In this document: in pieces, positions 49,785-63,540 of the stretch
Layout: the number at the start of each line of letters is the position of its first letter
How positions within the stretch are numbered: the first letter of the stretch is position 1
Source: Octopus sinensis
Lineage: Eukaryota
Direction of reading: 5' to 3'
Assembly: GCF_006345805.1 (NCBI RefSeq)
Contig: NC_043008.1
Coordinates: 41,788,001-41,852,000, forward strand
Length of the DNA stretch: 64,000 bases
The notes under the pieces: generated by a model
Told to the model about the DNA's origin: nothing
Database searches by the model: none
The model's input: the letters and a program-made list of their open reading frames with translations, nothing else
Position numbers and translations under genes: made by a program

Positions 49785-52700
49785 CAGTAGTTTTATTTTT
49801 ATAGCGTGCTTTCACTTCACTACCGAGCACAGCTCTGTGTGCCTTGGCTATGTGCTGTGATTTGTTGTGATGCTCTGATGGTTATTGTATGGAAAGTGTT
49901 CTGCGTAGGATGTGTGCAGTGCCTAGTAGTGCAATTTTCTGTATGTTATATGTGTTTGTAAGTCCTGGTGTTTTTGTTATGTATTTGTGTGAATATTTTT
50001 TTATCATGCCTAATGCACCTACTATGATAGGAATTGTTTCTGTTTTCAGATTCCACATTCTAGTTACCTCTATTTCCAGGTCTTTGTATTTTGAGAGTTT
50101 CTCCATTTCTTTTAGAGACACGTTGTCATCAGCCGGTATTGATACATCAATTAGAAAGCATTTTTTTCCTTCATGATTTCTGACAACTATATCTGGTCTG
50201 TTGGCCTTAATTTCTCTATCTGTGTGTATCGGCATATCCCAGAGTATGGTTGCTTTCTCGTTTTCTGTGACCTTTTCTGGTGTGTGCCTATACCATCTTT
50301 TTTCTGTTGTTATTCCATAATGTTGGCATAGCTTCCAATGTATGTAGGTTCCAACTCTGTCATGTCTGTGAATATATTCCTTCTTAGCCAAGACTGGGCA
50401 GCTAGAGATAATATGATTTATTGTTTCTTGTCCATCTCCACATATTCTGCAGTTACTTGTAATATTTCTTTTCATTACATGTTTTTGGTAATTTCTGGTG
50501 GGGAGGCTTTGGTCTTGTGCTGCAATTAAAAATCCCTCTGTTTCTGCTTTGAGTCCTGAGCTTCTCAACCATTGCTGGGATTTTTCTTTGTCTATTTCTT
50601 TTGCGTTTAGTTTAGTCCAGTATTTACCATGAAGGGGCTTTTCTTGCCATCGTTTTATCATGGTTCGTTGCTGTTCTATTTTTAGTTTGGATTTCATTTG
50701 TTTTATAGCTTTTGTTGTTTCTTCATCTTCTTCTTCTTCATGTTTATTAGGTGGTATGCTTTCTTGTTTGTATTTGTCAGCTTCCTTAAATACTGAGAAC
50801 AGTTTTTTGTTTTGCTCGTGTTTTGCCGCTATCTGGATCAGTTTTCCTTCCTTCTGAAGTAGATATTTTTGCAGTCCTATGGTGGTTATTTTATAGTAGT
50901 TTTCCAGCTGTATAAGGCCTCTACCACCTTCTATACGTTGTATATATAGTCTTTCTATGTCAGATTTTGGGTGATGCATCCTAGATCCTGTCATTATTTT
51001 TGTTGTTTTCCTATCTATTTTGGTCAGTTCATTTCGTGTCCAGTTAAGGATATTGTAGCTGTAACTTATAACTGGGACAGCTAAAGTGTTGATACCTATT
51101 ATCTTGTTTTTAGCATTGAGCTCTGTGTTTAGTATTGATCTAACTCGTCTATAATATTCTTTTTTTATTTTCTCTTTCATTTGTGTGTGTTGTGTCTTAT
51201 CTAGTTCATGGATTCCTAAGTATTTGTAAGTTTGGCTTTGGTCTAATTCTTTTATTTCATTGGTTTTATCTAGTGTGATGTTGTTACACTTAACTAGTTT
51301 TCCTCTTTTCAGGGTTACTTTGGCGCATTTTTCTAATCCAAATTTCATATCTATTTCTTTGGTAAATCCATGAACTGTCTTTAATAGTGTTTCCAGCTGT
51401 TTGTCATTTGCAGCGTATAGTTTTAGGTCATCCATATATAAAAGGTGGCTGATCGTTTTGCCGTAACATTTATATCCGCATCCAGTTCTATTTAGCATAT
51501 CGGATAGAGGTGACAGTGCCAAGCAGAAAAGGAGTGGAGAGAGCGTGTCTCCCTGGAATATTCCTCTTCTAATGGGGATGTCTTTGGTTTTCATGAGTCC
51601 CTCTTTTGTTTGGAGGTGTAGGACTGTTTGCCATTTATTCATAGAGTGCTCTATGAATTTTATGATTGTTGGTGCTACTTTGTTAATGGCTAGTGTTTCG
51701 AGGATCCATGTGTGGGGGATGCTATCAAACGCCTTTTTGTAGTCAATCCAGACCATACTGAGGCCTTTCTTCTTTCTGTGGCTGTCTTCAGTTATGGCTT
51801 TATTAATCATTAGTTGATCTTTACAGCCATATGAGCCTTTCCGGCATCCTTTCTGCTCTTCTGGGAACAGTTTGTTTTCGTCCAGGTGCTTGTTCAGCCT
51901 TTGTGATATCACTGCAGTAAATGCCTTGAACATAGTAGGGAGGCAGGTTATTGGTCTGTAGTTTTCTGGTTTTTCTGTTTCATTTGATTTGGGAATTAAG
52001 ATGGTTTTCCCCTTCGTGAGCCATTCAGGCATTGTCTCTGGCTCTGCTAGTACTTGTTAAAGTTTTCAGCCAGCTTTTTGTGCATTCCTGTTAGATATTT
52101 CAACCAGAAGTTGGGGATCTTGTCATGCCCAGGTGCCTTCCAGTTGCTTAGTCTTTGCAGTGCCTGGGTGACCTCTTCAGTTGTTATGGGGGTCCAAAGT
52201 TGTTCAGATGCCGAGTTTGTTATTCTGATACTCCTTTTTTTTGGTGGTTCGTTCGCCGACCATATTTCTCCCCAGAATTCTTCCAATTCTTCTGCCGTTG
52301 GTGCTGCAGTGACTTCTATTTTATTTTTTCCCAGTTCTTGGTAGAACTTTTTGGGGTTAGAGTTGAACTTTTTGTTTTCTTCAAAGAAGCGTTGGCGTTT
52401 CTTCTACCAGCGGATCCTTTGTGCTTTGGCAAGGATATCTTGCTTCAGCTTTTCTTTTATTTCAGGCAAATCTTTCTCTGTGATGTTATATTTGCGGAGT
52501 ATTTTTGTTCTCTTTTTGTTGCTCAGTAGCGTTGATTGTTTGCTGATTTCATTAATAATCGACAGGTCTTTTCTAATTTTTTTTTATTTTGCTTTGGATG
52601 TTATTTATCCACAGGGTTTGTTTGGGTGGTGGTACTCCTGTTTGGGCGGGTTTGGGTAAGTATCCAGCTTCTTTTGTGGCTGCAGTGGCTGCTGCGTATA

Positions 52701-53750
52701 TTAGGTTATTTAGCTCAGTGATATCACTTTTTTTTTATTCAGTGGCTACCAGTTCAGTGACGGCTAGGTTTATGCTGTTTATAATAGGTGTTGTTATTTT
52801 GTTTATTTTGATTCTTGGGAGGTATGGTCGGTGGTCCATTTTGAGCTCTGTGGTTTTCAGTTCTTTAATTATTTTATTTTTTATATTATCATAATCATTA
52901 GGCTCCCCTTCGTTGTTTACATCGTGTTTGTTGGGAATGTTGCGTTTGTCTTCGTGTTTTACAGTTTCAGTGTTTATATTATTGGGCATTGTTGTGTGGC
53001 TTCTATCTACATTTTCCTGGTGTATGTTTTCTTTTAGGTGTTCTATTTCTATTTCTGATATTTTTTTTGTGTTGAGAATGTATCTTCGTACGTTAGCTAA
53101 TTTATTAGGGTTCATTGCTGTATCCAAGTCTATATCTCTATTATTTTCCTTCCATATTTTATATGTATGTGTTGTTGTATTTTCATTTTTTGGGTAGAGT
53201 ACTGCTGTGAAGTATGCGTGTAAGATAGAAATGTATTCCTCACGTGTCCATTTACGTCTTTTGGGTTTTATTTGCGGGACATGAGGTACAACGTCCGGCC
53301 CATTATTTTGACGGTCGTCATTTTCGTAGGGTAGGGTCCGTTTATTTCTGTTGTCACATTATTTCGCACGTGTAGTTTTTCGTACAATTTTTGTTGTAAG
53401 TTTAATGTACGTACCGCTCGATTGTTATTCTTGGGTTGAATAGTATCGGTGGCATTTAATTTCTTCGTAGTTCCTTTGTACATGGTGTTTGGGGTCGGAG
53501 ATGATCGTGATGTTCCACACATGTTTACATGTGTTGCGTTAGAGGCGGAGATGATATCGAGTCAAAATACATCATTTCGTTTCGAAAATAGTAATAAATT
53601 TCAATTAGTATTACTTACTCGGATACAGTCCAATTCTTTGTTAGTAAAACTTTGGCTCCATAGGATGTCCTTGTTTTCGATGTTTGTGGATAGATTTCGG
53701 AGCTCTGAATTTTCCTTCTTACATCTTAAACGTCCCCGGTGTTCTCCCTT
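49785..53750 (-). mobile_element. Near full-length R4/Dong-type non-LTR retrotransposon (single ORF, RT + C-terminal restriction-like endonuclease), frameshifted
   Basis: RT motifs GIFQGDTLSP and YMDD; CRICG..ETINHIISSC knuckle, RHD, RPDIV...IDVSIP...KEMEKLSKY (PD-D/ExK) in 49882-52032; N-terminal KRRKWTREEY region near 53270; (TAA)n on both sides. Confidence 0.9.
49882..52032 (-). pseudogene. RT-RLE coding segment of the R4/Dong-type element (716 aa open)
   Basis: Open segment; upstream coding continues in other frames (52047-52286, 52735-53127), so the native ORF is disrupted. Confidence 0.88.
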
Positions 53751-53774
53751 ATTATCATTATTATTATTATTATT

Positions 53775-54750
53775 GGGTGCCTGGCATTTAGAATGTCGTC
53801 AGGGGTTCACAGACCTCTACTAGTCGGGCAATGGGATCGGTGGATATTCCGGTTTAGAAATGTATGCAGGATTAGCGACAGCGAAGTACGATGACGTTCT
53901 CGAGAAGACTCTCGTCGCCAATAAAAACGAACTGGCTAATTTATTCCGGTCTTTCCGGTCTGGAACTATCGTGGATAATTTCCAGATGTCTTTGACCTGG
54001 CAATGCTACTGGCGGGGGAGGCGCTACCGGTTTGAGATAAACTCTAGAGACACGGATGTACTGTCAGACGGACTTGTCCGAAGGGCACGCAGGGTAACGA
54101 AACCGTTCTGCATGCAATCGTTCAGTGTCCGGGCATTACTGATTTGTGGGGTTATGTCGAACAGCTTCTGTCACGTGTGGGACGGATTCGTCTTCGGATC
54201 GCCCCACCGCTCTCCTTCAAACGGGCAGGCAAGGCAGTTTTTCTTTGCCTGGTGGCTGTGGCAAAAGAGGTTATTTAGTGGACAAGGTTGAAAGACATGA
54301 AGACAGATACATTCCACTTTGGTAGAGCTCTCATTGACATTTTTCAAATTTCACTTCAAAAGGGAATTGAGAGTGGAGGGGAAGTGCTGTCCCCGAGTGA
54401 GTTTATTGAAAGGTTGGTGAAAGTTGCGAAAATGGTAAGAGTGGATTGTACCTATGTCAGTGTAGACCTCTAAGATGGAGAAAAGGAATTGGAAAGGCAC
54501 TTGCTCTTGGTGTTCTGGGAAATCTCGGACAATGGGGTTCCACAATTATCCCTAGAGGTCTCCCTGTATCAAGAGGGCTACATCTTTATCATCCTCCCCG
54601 CCACCTTTTTTCTAACCTTGGTATGCTGTGTATGTGTCTCTTCTTTTTTCAGTGTTTAACGTGTATACTTACTTTTTTTCATCCTTTCATTATACGTAAA
54701 CCTCTTTGTATTGCCCCCCTCATCCTTCATCCCTGAGGCAAATAAATGAA
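53775..54750 (+). mobile_element. Degraded 3' fragment of a Tx1/L1-clade LINE
   Basis: Homologous to 34912-36640 (KYDDVL, DNFQMSLTWQCY, C..C...NETVLHAIVQC remnants); aataaatgaaat end followed by (ATC)n/(ATT)n. Confidence 0.8.
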
Positions 54751-54751
54751 A

Positions 54752-54766
54752 TCATCATCATCATCA

Positions 54767-54816
<50 letters not shown>

Positions 54817-54818
54817 AC

Positions 54819-54854
<36 letters not shown>

Positions 54855-54871
54855 GATTATTAATACTAGTA

Positions 54872-54939
<68 letters not shown>

Positions 54940-54991
54940 AATACTAGTATTATTATTATTATTATTATTATCATCATCATCATCATCATAA

Positions 54992-55032
<41 letters not shown>
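54752..55032. repeat. (ATT)n/(ATC)n microsatellite
   Basis: Directly visible. Confidence 0.95.
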
Positions 55033-55034
<2 letters not shown>

Positions 55035-56629
55035 GCAATGTCACCGTTGTTCACGTTCTTACTGTTGGTTTTGGAAAGAAATACTAAATCATTACTATGG
55101 CTGCATTGTTGGACTTGTTTCTCTTCTTCTTGCTGTCGTTGCAATATATCTTTTCCAGTGTAGTTTATATCAGATTACGCTAGCGCTTTTCAAAGGCTGC
55201 GCCGCAAGCGCTTTCTAAGTGAGCCGCGGATTTATAAAAATATAATTTAAGTCTTTAGAAAATCCATATAAATACCTGAATGTAATGAAAACGTGTTATT
55301 CATAATTTTCTTCGACAAAAGTATGGTTAATAAAATACACTAAGCAATAGTTTTTTTTTCCCCCTGTTTTCTAACTTTTACAATTCTAAGAAATAGTTTT
55401 TATTAACTTTCTTTGCGAAGTGCGCAATTAATTTTTGAGTTTTTTTTTTTATTTTTATTTCTTTTTGTGTCCACTATGCTAAGCAGTCAAAATAATTGGG
55501 AATCTCCTGATGTTTCTCCCTCTATTTTAGAAAACTTAGAGAATTACTTGACAGACACTTGCTTGTTATTTGTTGTCCCTATTCACATTGTTGTTCTTAG
55601 TTGTGGGGGTGTAGTAATGATGGTTATGATGCAGATAATAGCGATGGTGGTGGTGGTGGTGGTGGCTAATCATAGCAATAGTTGGCAGGGTGGGTGTTGC
55701 TGCTATGGTAAAATTTCATTTCTAAAACCGCACAAACGATTAGTCGCTAGAAATAGAAAGGAATAGAAGAACGATAAAGAAAAGAGCGTTGAGGAGGTAG
55801 AAAGAATGAATGAAGAAAGGATGGAAGGTAGGAAATAAATAAATTATTAGATAAATAAAAATACTCTTATTTTCGGATTAAGACAGTTATATATTTATGT
55901 ATTCATGGTCAGGAATATAAAGAAAGCCTCCATAATTGATCAAGAACTTCGGGACAGAACAAGAACAAAATACCAAAGTACTGGTGACTCAGAATGTCAC
56001 AGCAAGTAAAGAAAGTGAAAGAAAGAAAATACTAACAATCAAAATGGTCCGTTAAGGGTTGAGACCATTTAAGGTGGTTCTTGGCATCACTCCACATGAA
56101 TTATTCTAGGGCACCAGAGGTAAAGAAGCCAACTCCTACTCAATTACACTATCTTTTATAGCTGCATGGCAAAGTAAGAAATATGGCTTTGGCAAAAGTC
56201 TTACCGTTATCACCCACCATTCATAAAGCATACTAGAAGACAGTGCCTCCGCCGCTACGCGTATCCTTGTCTTTTAAGGGTACATAAAGGAGTTAACGAG
56301 AGTTGGCCAGACAGAAAAGCAGCCTTCTTCAAAATTTGTACCACACAATTTCTTTTCAATGGTCACAATTTTTTTCTCTCTTGCCCTTGCCCCTGAGTTA
56401 ATAAAATACCATTAGACTTATTACCTTGACCTTGACCGACCAGTCCGTCGGGCGTTCATTTGACACCGCTGGTCATGGCACGCTGCCCACTCCTCTCTGG
56501 ATCGCGCCTTCCTCATACATGTGGCCACATTGGTCTTATAGAGGACACAATTTATGAAATATGCTGCATTATTCTACAATTTTATATTCACACAAAATGG
56601 GTTGTCTTTGGTACTACGGCTGCTGTTGT

Positions 56630-56673
<44 letters not shown>

Positions 56674-56709
56674 TGTATGCATGTGTGTATGCATGTATGT
56701 GTATATATA

Positions 56710-56742
<33 letters not shown>

Positions 56743-56747
<5 letters not shown>

Positions 56748-57500
56748 GTTGGACATAATAATGGAAAGAGCTTAAAATTTCAAACAAATTTATTTTAATG
56801 TGGGGTTGCACGGCCTTTGGCAGTAATTACAGCTTGAATTCTACGAGGCATGGACTCGTACAAAGTTTGAATTGCTTCCAAAGGAATTTTTGTCCATTCT
56901 CCAGCTTAAACAGTCTCCAGTTCTTGTAGTGATGATGGAGGACATCAACTCCTTACTTGTTTTTCTAAAATGCACCATAAATCTTCAATAATATTGATAC
57001 CTGGGGACTGTGGTGGCCAGATAAGATGTTCAACTTCACTAGAATATTCTTCGTAACATTCAGTAACAGCGTTCGCTGTGTGAATTAGTGCATTATCATC
57101 CTGAAAGATTGCGTTTCCCTCTGGAAACAGTTCCGCAAACATAGAATGACTTTAATCAGATAAAATGCTTAAATACTCTTGACTGTTAACCCTGCCATGA
57201 AGGGAAGCCATTGGGTCCGCAGATTTCCAAGATACAGCCCCGCCCAGATCATCACAGATTTTCCTCTGTGTTAAAAGTTGGAAGAAGGCAGTCTGGGTCA
57301 AATACTTCGTTTGGCTGTCTCCACACGTATACTCTTATATTCCTTCCCATGACTTTCAACCTCTATGATCCTGCCGTAAGGCTTCACTTCCACACACGTC
57401 AGTTTAATTTAATTCGTCCTTAGTCGAAAGACACCTGTTGTTAATATCCTGTTCTTTGTATTTGTAATTGTGTACAACTTCTCCCTTTCATTTTCATCCT
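56743..57500 (-). mobile_element. Tc1-type transposon 3' fragment with one TIR
   Basis: TIR-like taggggttggacataataatggaaa after (TA)n; ORF 56945-57142 IFQDDNALIH...WPPQSPGINIIEDLW. Confidence 0.85.
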
Positions 57501-57774
57501 TGTTTTCGTATACATTGGCTTGCTTTCTTCCAAAGAATCTAGTGATTTTAGATTATATTTTCTTGGGGTCAGCTAGAGTAGAGCAGTCTCAAGAATAACC
57601 GGCCGAAACTGCAAAGACGATCTGGCACTCGACTGAAGATTGAAAGCTTCGAATGACCCGTCCTTGTTTTTTCCTGTCTTTTTTTGTATCGTCTAACTGC
57701 CCCAATATTTTGTTGCCGTCTGTTACGTTCTTGTTTCACTTTTGTTTTGTTTACATACACACACACACACACAT

Positions 57775-57830
<56 letters not shown>

Positions 57831-57831
57831 T

Positions 57832-57878
<47 letters not shown>

Positions 57879-58799
57879 AGTGGGGTTGTGTTAAGCATGT
57901 ACATATTATATATATATATATATATATATATAAACAATTTATAAGTAAGGGCAAAGGAATAAATTTCTATGCCGAAAATGGACATTACGTCAATAACCAT
58001 GTAATTTTTCAGTATATATATATATATATAAACATATATATATATATATATATGTATATGTGCCTGTATATATGTGTGTATGTATTTATATATGAGTTTG
58101 TATCTGTATGAATGTGTTACAGAATCTACGTATTGAAATGCATATGTAAAATACATATATAAAGTTGCGTGCGTGTGAGGAGCGGGGTTTATTGGTGTGT
58201 CTATAATCAGTTTACATATTGTTGGAAATGTGTTTATTCATATTTATCTAAACAAACTATGCAAATATATTCGTACTGCATAATTTAAATATGTATGAAT
58301 TGGTTAACTGTTTCACTGGGCCAAAATCTTTAAACATTTCAGTTGATCATATCGATTATTATTATTTTATCTGGGATTTATTTTATCGATCTCGAAAGCG
58401 GACGAAAGGTAAGCAACATCGATCGAAATATATTATTTTATCGTTTGATTCACAGATTATTTAAAATCGCACGCTCCCCGCTCATAAATATATACCACAT
58501 ACACACATACATCACACACACACGCATACTATATACACACATGCATATACATATACACACACTCACATATACGAACACATAAACACAAACCCTTTATTAA
58601 TTTATTCTGACAAGACTTTGATCGACATGAGGTTATGATATACGATGCCTATACAAGTTGACGCTCTTCCATCTCAAAACACCGTATCACATAATGGTAA
58701 AATATCCTCCGAAGAATGCACTGTTGCCTATACTCATATACATATGTATATATTCCCTGAGTATGTGTCTATATGTGTATGGGTGCATGCATTTGTGCA

Positions 58800-58864
<65 letters not shown>

Positions 58865-58989
58865 ATGTGTGAATGCTCGCGTTATATATTTAAATTTTAT
58901 TCTTTTTCTTACCGCTGAAGTTTCACGCCACTACGATATAAGATCATGAGTATTACGGGTAGCCTTTCTACGAATTGGATAACACCCAT

Positions 58990-59250
58990 GCTTGTGTCTT
59001 CAGGGTTGGCGAAAGCTATGTGGTGGACAACGAAAAACCTGGCTGATTACAGTCAAGGCTAATCTGGAATCCAACCTAGGCCCCCATATCTACGGAGTTC
59101 ACCGCTGGAATAAGGAGTGGTTGGAGATCACGCGGTCGTTAACCTCAAATCGCCAGGTCTGGTCGGCGTTTGTGAGAGATGCAGCGTTGTGGATGAATGA
59201 AGTCAGCTCAACCCAACCCGGGTGAATGCTGTCTCAGGACAAGACAAGAC
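58990..59250 (+). mobile_element. RTE-clade LINE 3' end
   Basis: GWRKLCGGQRKTW...NRQVWSAFVRDA* followed by a short (acaag)n tail. Confidence 0.75.
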
Positions 59251-59259
59251 ATGCTTGTG

Positions 59260-59830
59260 TACATGGCTAACGATCTAATTTGACATTTGTGTCTGTCTGC
59301 CAATTAGGTATTGATATAATCGTTTGCGAAAATTGTCCGTCTAGATATTTTCATACATGCCGTGGAAGGCCTTTGCATTTTATGTTGGTTTAGTTATGAT
59401 CCCACCGATATTGTTTCTCCTGTGGTATTATTGATTTTTTACTCAGTTTGAATTGCCTGTTAGTTGTTATTGGTATATTCTTCATAGAGAATTATATAGA
59501 ATGTGGATCACTCTTTTCTTGCTTTCAAGTTAATTTTAAAGAAGCATTCCCATCGGAAAGAATTTATAATATTAATGTTTGTTTTTATATCAAGTTATAG
59601 AAAAAAGCAATTTAACACTGAACTAAAGCATTACTCTGTACTTTTTAGTAGTGTTCATGTTTATTAAACTTTTATAAGGAAAAGGTTAAAAGTGACATCA
59701 AAGTTTCGGCATGCTTATATTCGTCAGACTGTGCTATGCTGGCTTTAAATAGTATATATTTGATTTTTGCTTTCGTATATAACTTGGCATAAAAACATTA
59801 ATACATATATACATTTTGTGCGTTAATATA
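59260..59830 (-). mobile_element. Penelope-like element 5' relic (pseudo-LTR with HHR remnant, then ORF start)
   Basis: CTGACGA...GAAAC...GTC at 59691-59730, AATAAA downstream, then FSMKNIPITTNRQFKL...KAFH resembling Penelope N-termini; (TA)n upstream. Confidence 0.6.
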
Positions 59831-59835
59831 ATACG

Positions 59836-59883
<48 letters not shown>

Positions 59884-61221
59884 AACACACACACACACAC
59901 ACACACACACAGAAGAGACTTTTGCATCCGCACCCTTATCAAATATACAAAGCGATGCGATATTCAAATATTGGATTGAACTTCTGGAGCGTGTCATATA
60001 CATATGACAATATTGTCCTGCTACATAAACTATTAATGACAATTCTTCTAACATCTATGATTAATCTATCACTTGCTTCATTATTTTTCCAATATTTGCT
60101 CTTATTAGTTACTGATCGAATGATATCTTCTTTGATATCCTGATTCAAGAAAACTCATACATAAAAATCGTTCTGTGTTGCTGTATTGTATTTATTTAAT
60201 ATTTTGCTCTGGCATGAGTCGTTTCCGATTTGTTTGTTGTCGGTAAATATTGTTTTTCATTGTGTTTTTATTTCTTTTGATGTCACAAACCACTGTTTCG
60301 TACTTCTGTCATGTTTGGTTTTAATATCACAGGTCACTGCTCTATTTGATTATATCATATCTCGCTTGTCTTTCGTGATTCAGTCATTTTTCGTCTGTTT
60401 CAGTCAATCTTTGACTTTTAGCCCATCTGAACGTATTCTTTAATAAGAATTGCCAAATCTTATAAGTCGTTTCAAACAACTTTGTCTATCATCTGCCACC
60501 GTTTTATTTCTATCTCAGGTTCACATGTGACAAGTTATTTTACTTTCCATCTCTTCAAGAACAACAACAATACAAGCAACAACAAAAATTATATACAATT
60601 TAATATTTTTCGTTTTGCTTCACATCAATAAGTTGTGAAATTTCTCACCATTTCTCTTCGTTTCTTCTTTCTCTTTTCATTTATTTCTCTACGTAACTAT
60701 GTATAACCCTTGGTAATTCTCTCTGTTTCGCTTTCTCTGTCCTTTCGTCTCTCTTCTGTTTCTCTCTTTCTTATTCTCCTGTCTCTCTTTCTCATGGCCC
60801 ACCTCTGTTTTCCACTTTCACTTTCACTTTCCTGACAATGACAATATCTACCGTAAGCGATGCTTCAAACTCTGCTCCACTTCACTCACTATTTACCTAT
60901 CTATTTATCCTTTTACCCTCTCTCTTTCTGTCTTCCTCTTTCCCTCTCTCTCACACACACACAAACATTTCCAATTTATATCTTTCATTTTCTTAATCTC
61001 TCTCATTCTGCTCTTCACTCCCTCTTCCTCAATATCCTCTTCTGTCCCCTCTCTCTATTCCTACCTTTCTATAGTACTTCCTTCTTTCTCTCCCTTAGTA
61101 TTCCTTACTATAACTCAATATTTATTATTTCTATCAATTTCTTTCCGTATTCTTGTCCGGATCTCTCTGTGGGTTCAAACCTTGGTGTCCAATCTCTTTT
61201 CCTTCTTTTGTTCTTTATTTT

Positions 61222-61340
61222 GATTCTTCTTCTTCTTCTTCTTCTTCTTCTTCTTCTTCTTCTTCTTCTTCTTCTTCTTCTTCTTTTTCTACTTCTTTTT
61301 CTTCTTCTTTTTCTTCTTCTTTTTCTTCTTCTTCTTCTTC

Positions 61341-61371
<31 letters not shown>

Positions 61372-61430
61372 GCTTCTACTTCTTCTTCTTCCTCTTCTCC
61401 TTCTTCTTCTTCTTCTTCTTCTTCTTCTCT
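61222..61430. repeat. (TTC)n array within a long polypyrimidine tract (about 60640-61600)
   Basis: Directly visible. Confidence 0.95.
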
Positions 61431-61491
61431 CTCTCTCTCTATCTATCTATCCCTTTTCCCTTTCTCTCTCTCACTATCTATCTATCCCTTT

Positions 61492-61523
<32 letters not shown>

Positions 61524-62084
61524 TCCTCTCTTTCATCTAGTCCTTTTTAACTTCTCTCTATTTCTCTTCTCTACTCTTTTCTAATTTTCTTTTAGATGCT
61601 CCCCTCCTTATTGTGTGATATACTTATATGCTTCTGCATATAAGTATATACTTATATGCTTCTGCATATAAGTATATCTCTCAATAAATCTACAAATGCT
61701 TATGTGCATGCGAATGTCTGAATGCGCGAGTGCGCACGCGTATGCATTATTTTTATTTGTTTTATTTGTTTTAATAATTCTTTGGACATCATTGCAGATT
61801 TCACGCCACTCTGTTCCAACTTCTACATTACCCAAGTTTAAAACTTTTCCGACATTTCCAAAGACATCAACGGAGAACTTGAAGCAACATATCATACGCG
61901 AAAGATTTCCATATTTTTGCGTTGTCATCTCACCTGTCTCAAAATCATTTCAAAAACTACGACGGCATGACGACTCTAATGATTTATAGAAATCTTTCTG
62001 AGTAGAAGACAAAGAAAAAAATACCATAAAAATATATAAAGAAAACGGAAATTATATATGAAATATAGCTTAGATACAACAACA

Positions 62085-62560
<476 letters not shown>

Positions 62561-62866
62561 TATGGCTGTTATTGTTGCTGTTGTTTTTTTTGTGTCGTTC
62601 ACGTTGATTTTTTTTCAAAACTTATGACATGAGAGAGAGAGATATCAGAATTTTATTTCTTTCTTACATTTCGGTAACAAAAAGAAGAAAAATCAAAAGC
62701 AAAAACAATGAGAATCATGTATAACACTTTCAAGTTTACTTTAAAATGTATTTCATACTGTTTCTGCACACTCATTCACGCACATCAGACACATACGGAC
62801 ACACGCACACACAGACAGAGAACAAGAAAGCATATACATACACACATATACATGTGTATATATATA

Positions 62867-62927
<61 letters not shown>

Positions 62928-63283
62928 ATGCATGTGTGTGTGTGAGTATATGTGCAATAGGGCTAAGAGACAATAAGTTGGAAAGTGGTTTGCCTCATAT
63001 ATGGACAAACGACAGAGTCTCAGATATACAGCGCAGTGATAGGGATCCTACAATTAACAGACGTTATACTTCCAAGTAAAAACGGAAGCCTCCCTATATA
63101 TCTATTTAAAAATATAAAGTCTGGAATGAAGGGAGAGAACTCTAATATCCTTACACATCACCACTAGGAATGGATCTTGTCTTTAAAGCGAATTTGCTAC
63201 ATGCAACAACCGTTGTCACTCTTGTTAGACCTCAGTAGGGAAGTATATTCGCGTCAGTTTACTAGACATAGAGAAGTGACCAA

Positions 63284-63333
<50 letters not shown>

Positions 63334-63337
<4 letters not shown>

Positions 63338-63462
63338 TCATGAAAGGGATGAAAATTAAAAACATTTACCATCTCATTAATTTTCATTCCTTCATGAATT
63401 TATCCCTTTTTGTGTTCTAGCACAACGCTTCACTATTTGGAAGCCTCTTATTGTATTTCTAT

Positions 63463-63470
<8 letters not shown>
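63334..63470 (+). mobile_element. Short pseudo-LTR 3' fragment related to 24620-24700, with a 24-bp inverted 5' duplication, inside (TA)n
   Basis: aatttatccctttttgtgttctagcac matches; inverted repeat 63334-63357/63379-63401. Confidence 0.55.

Positions 63471-63539
<69 letters not shown>

Positions 63540-63540
<1 letters not shown>

Noticed and set aside
53770-53830. CTGACGA followed by a hairpin on the minus strand
   Set aside because: No GAAA or helix III follows, so it is not a hammerhead.
57570-57730. Pseudo-LTR-like segment with ctgaaga and ccgaaac motifs
   Set aside because: The motifs are in the wrong order for a hammerhead; the element type cannot be supported.
58342-58415. Apparent exon with a strong AAG|GTAAGC donor
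   Set aside because: Overlaps a decayed SINE-B remnant; no independent support.
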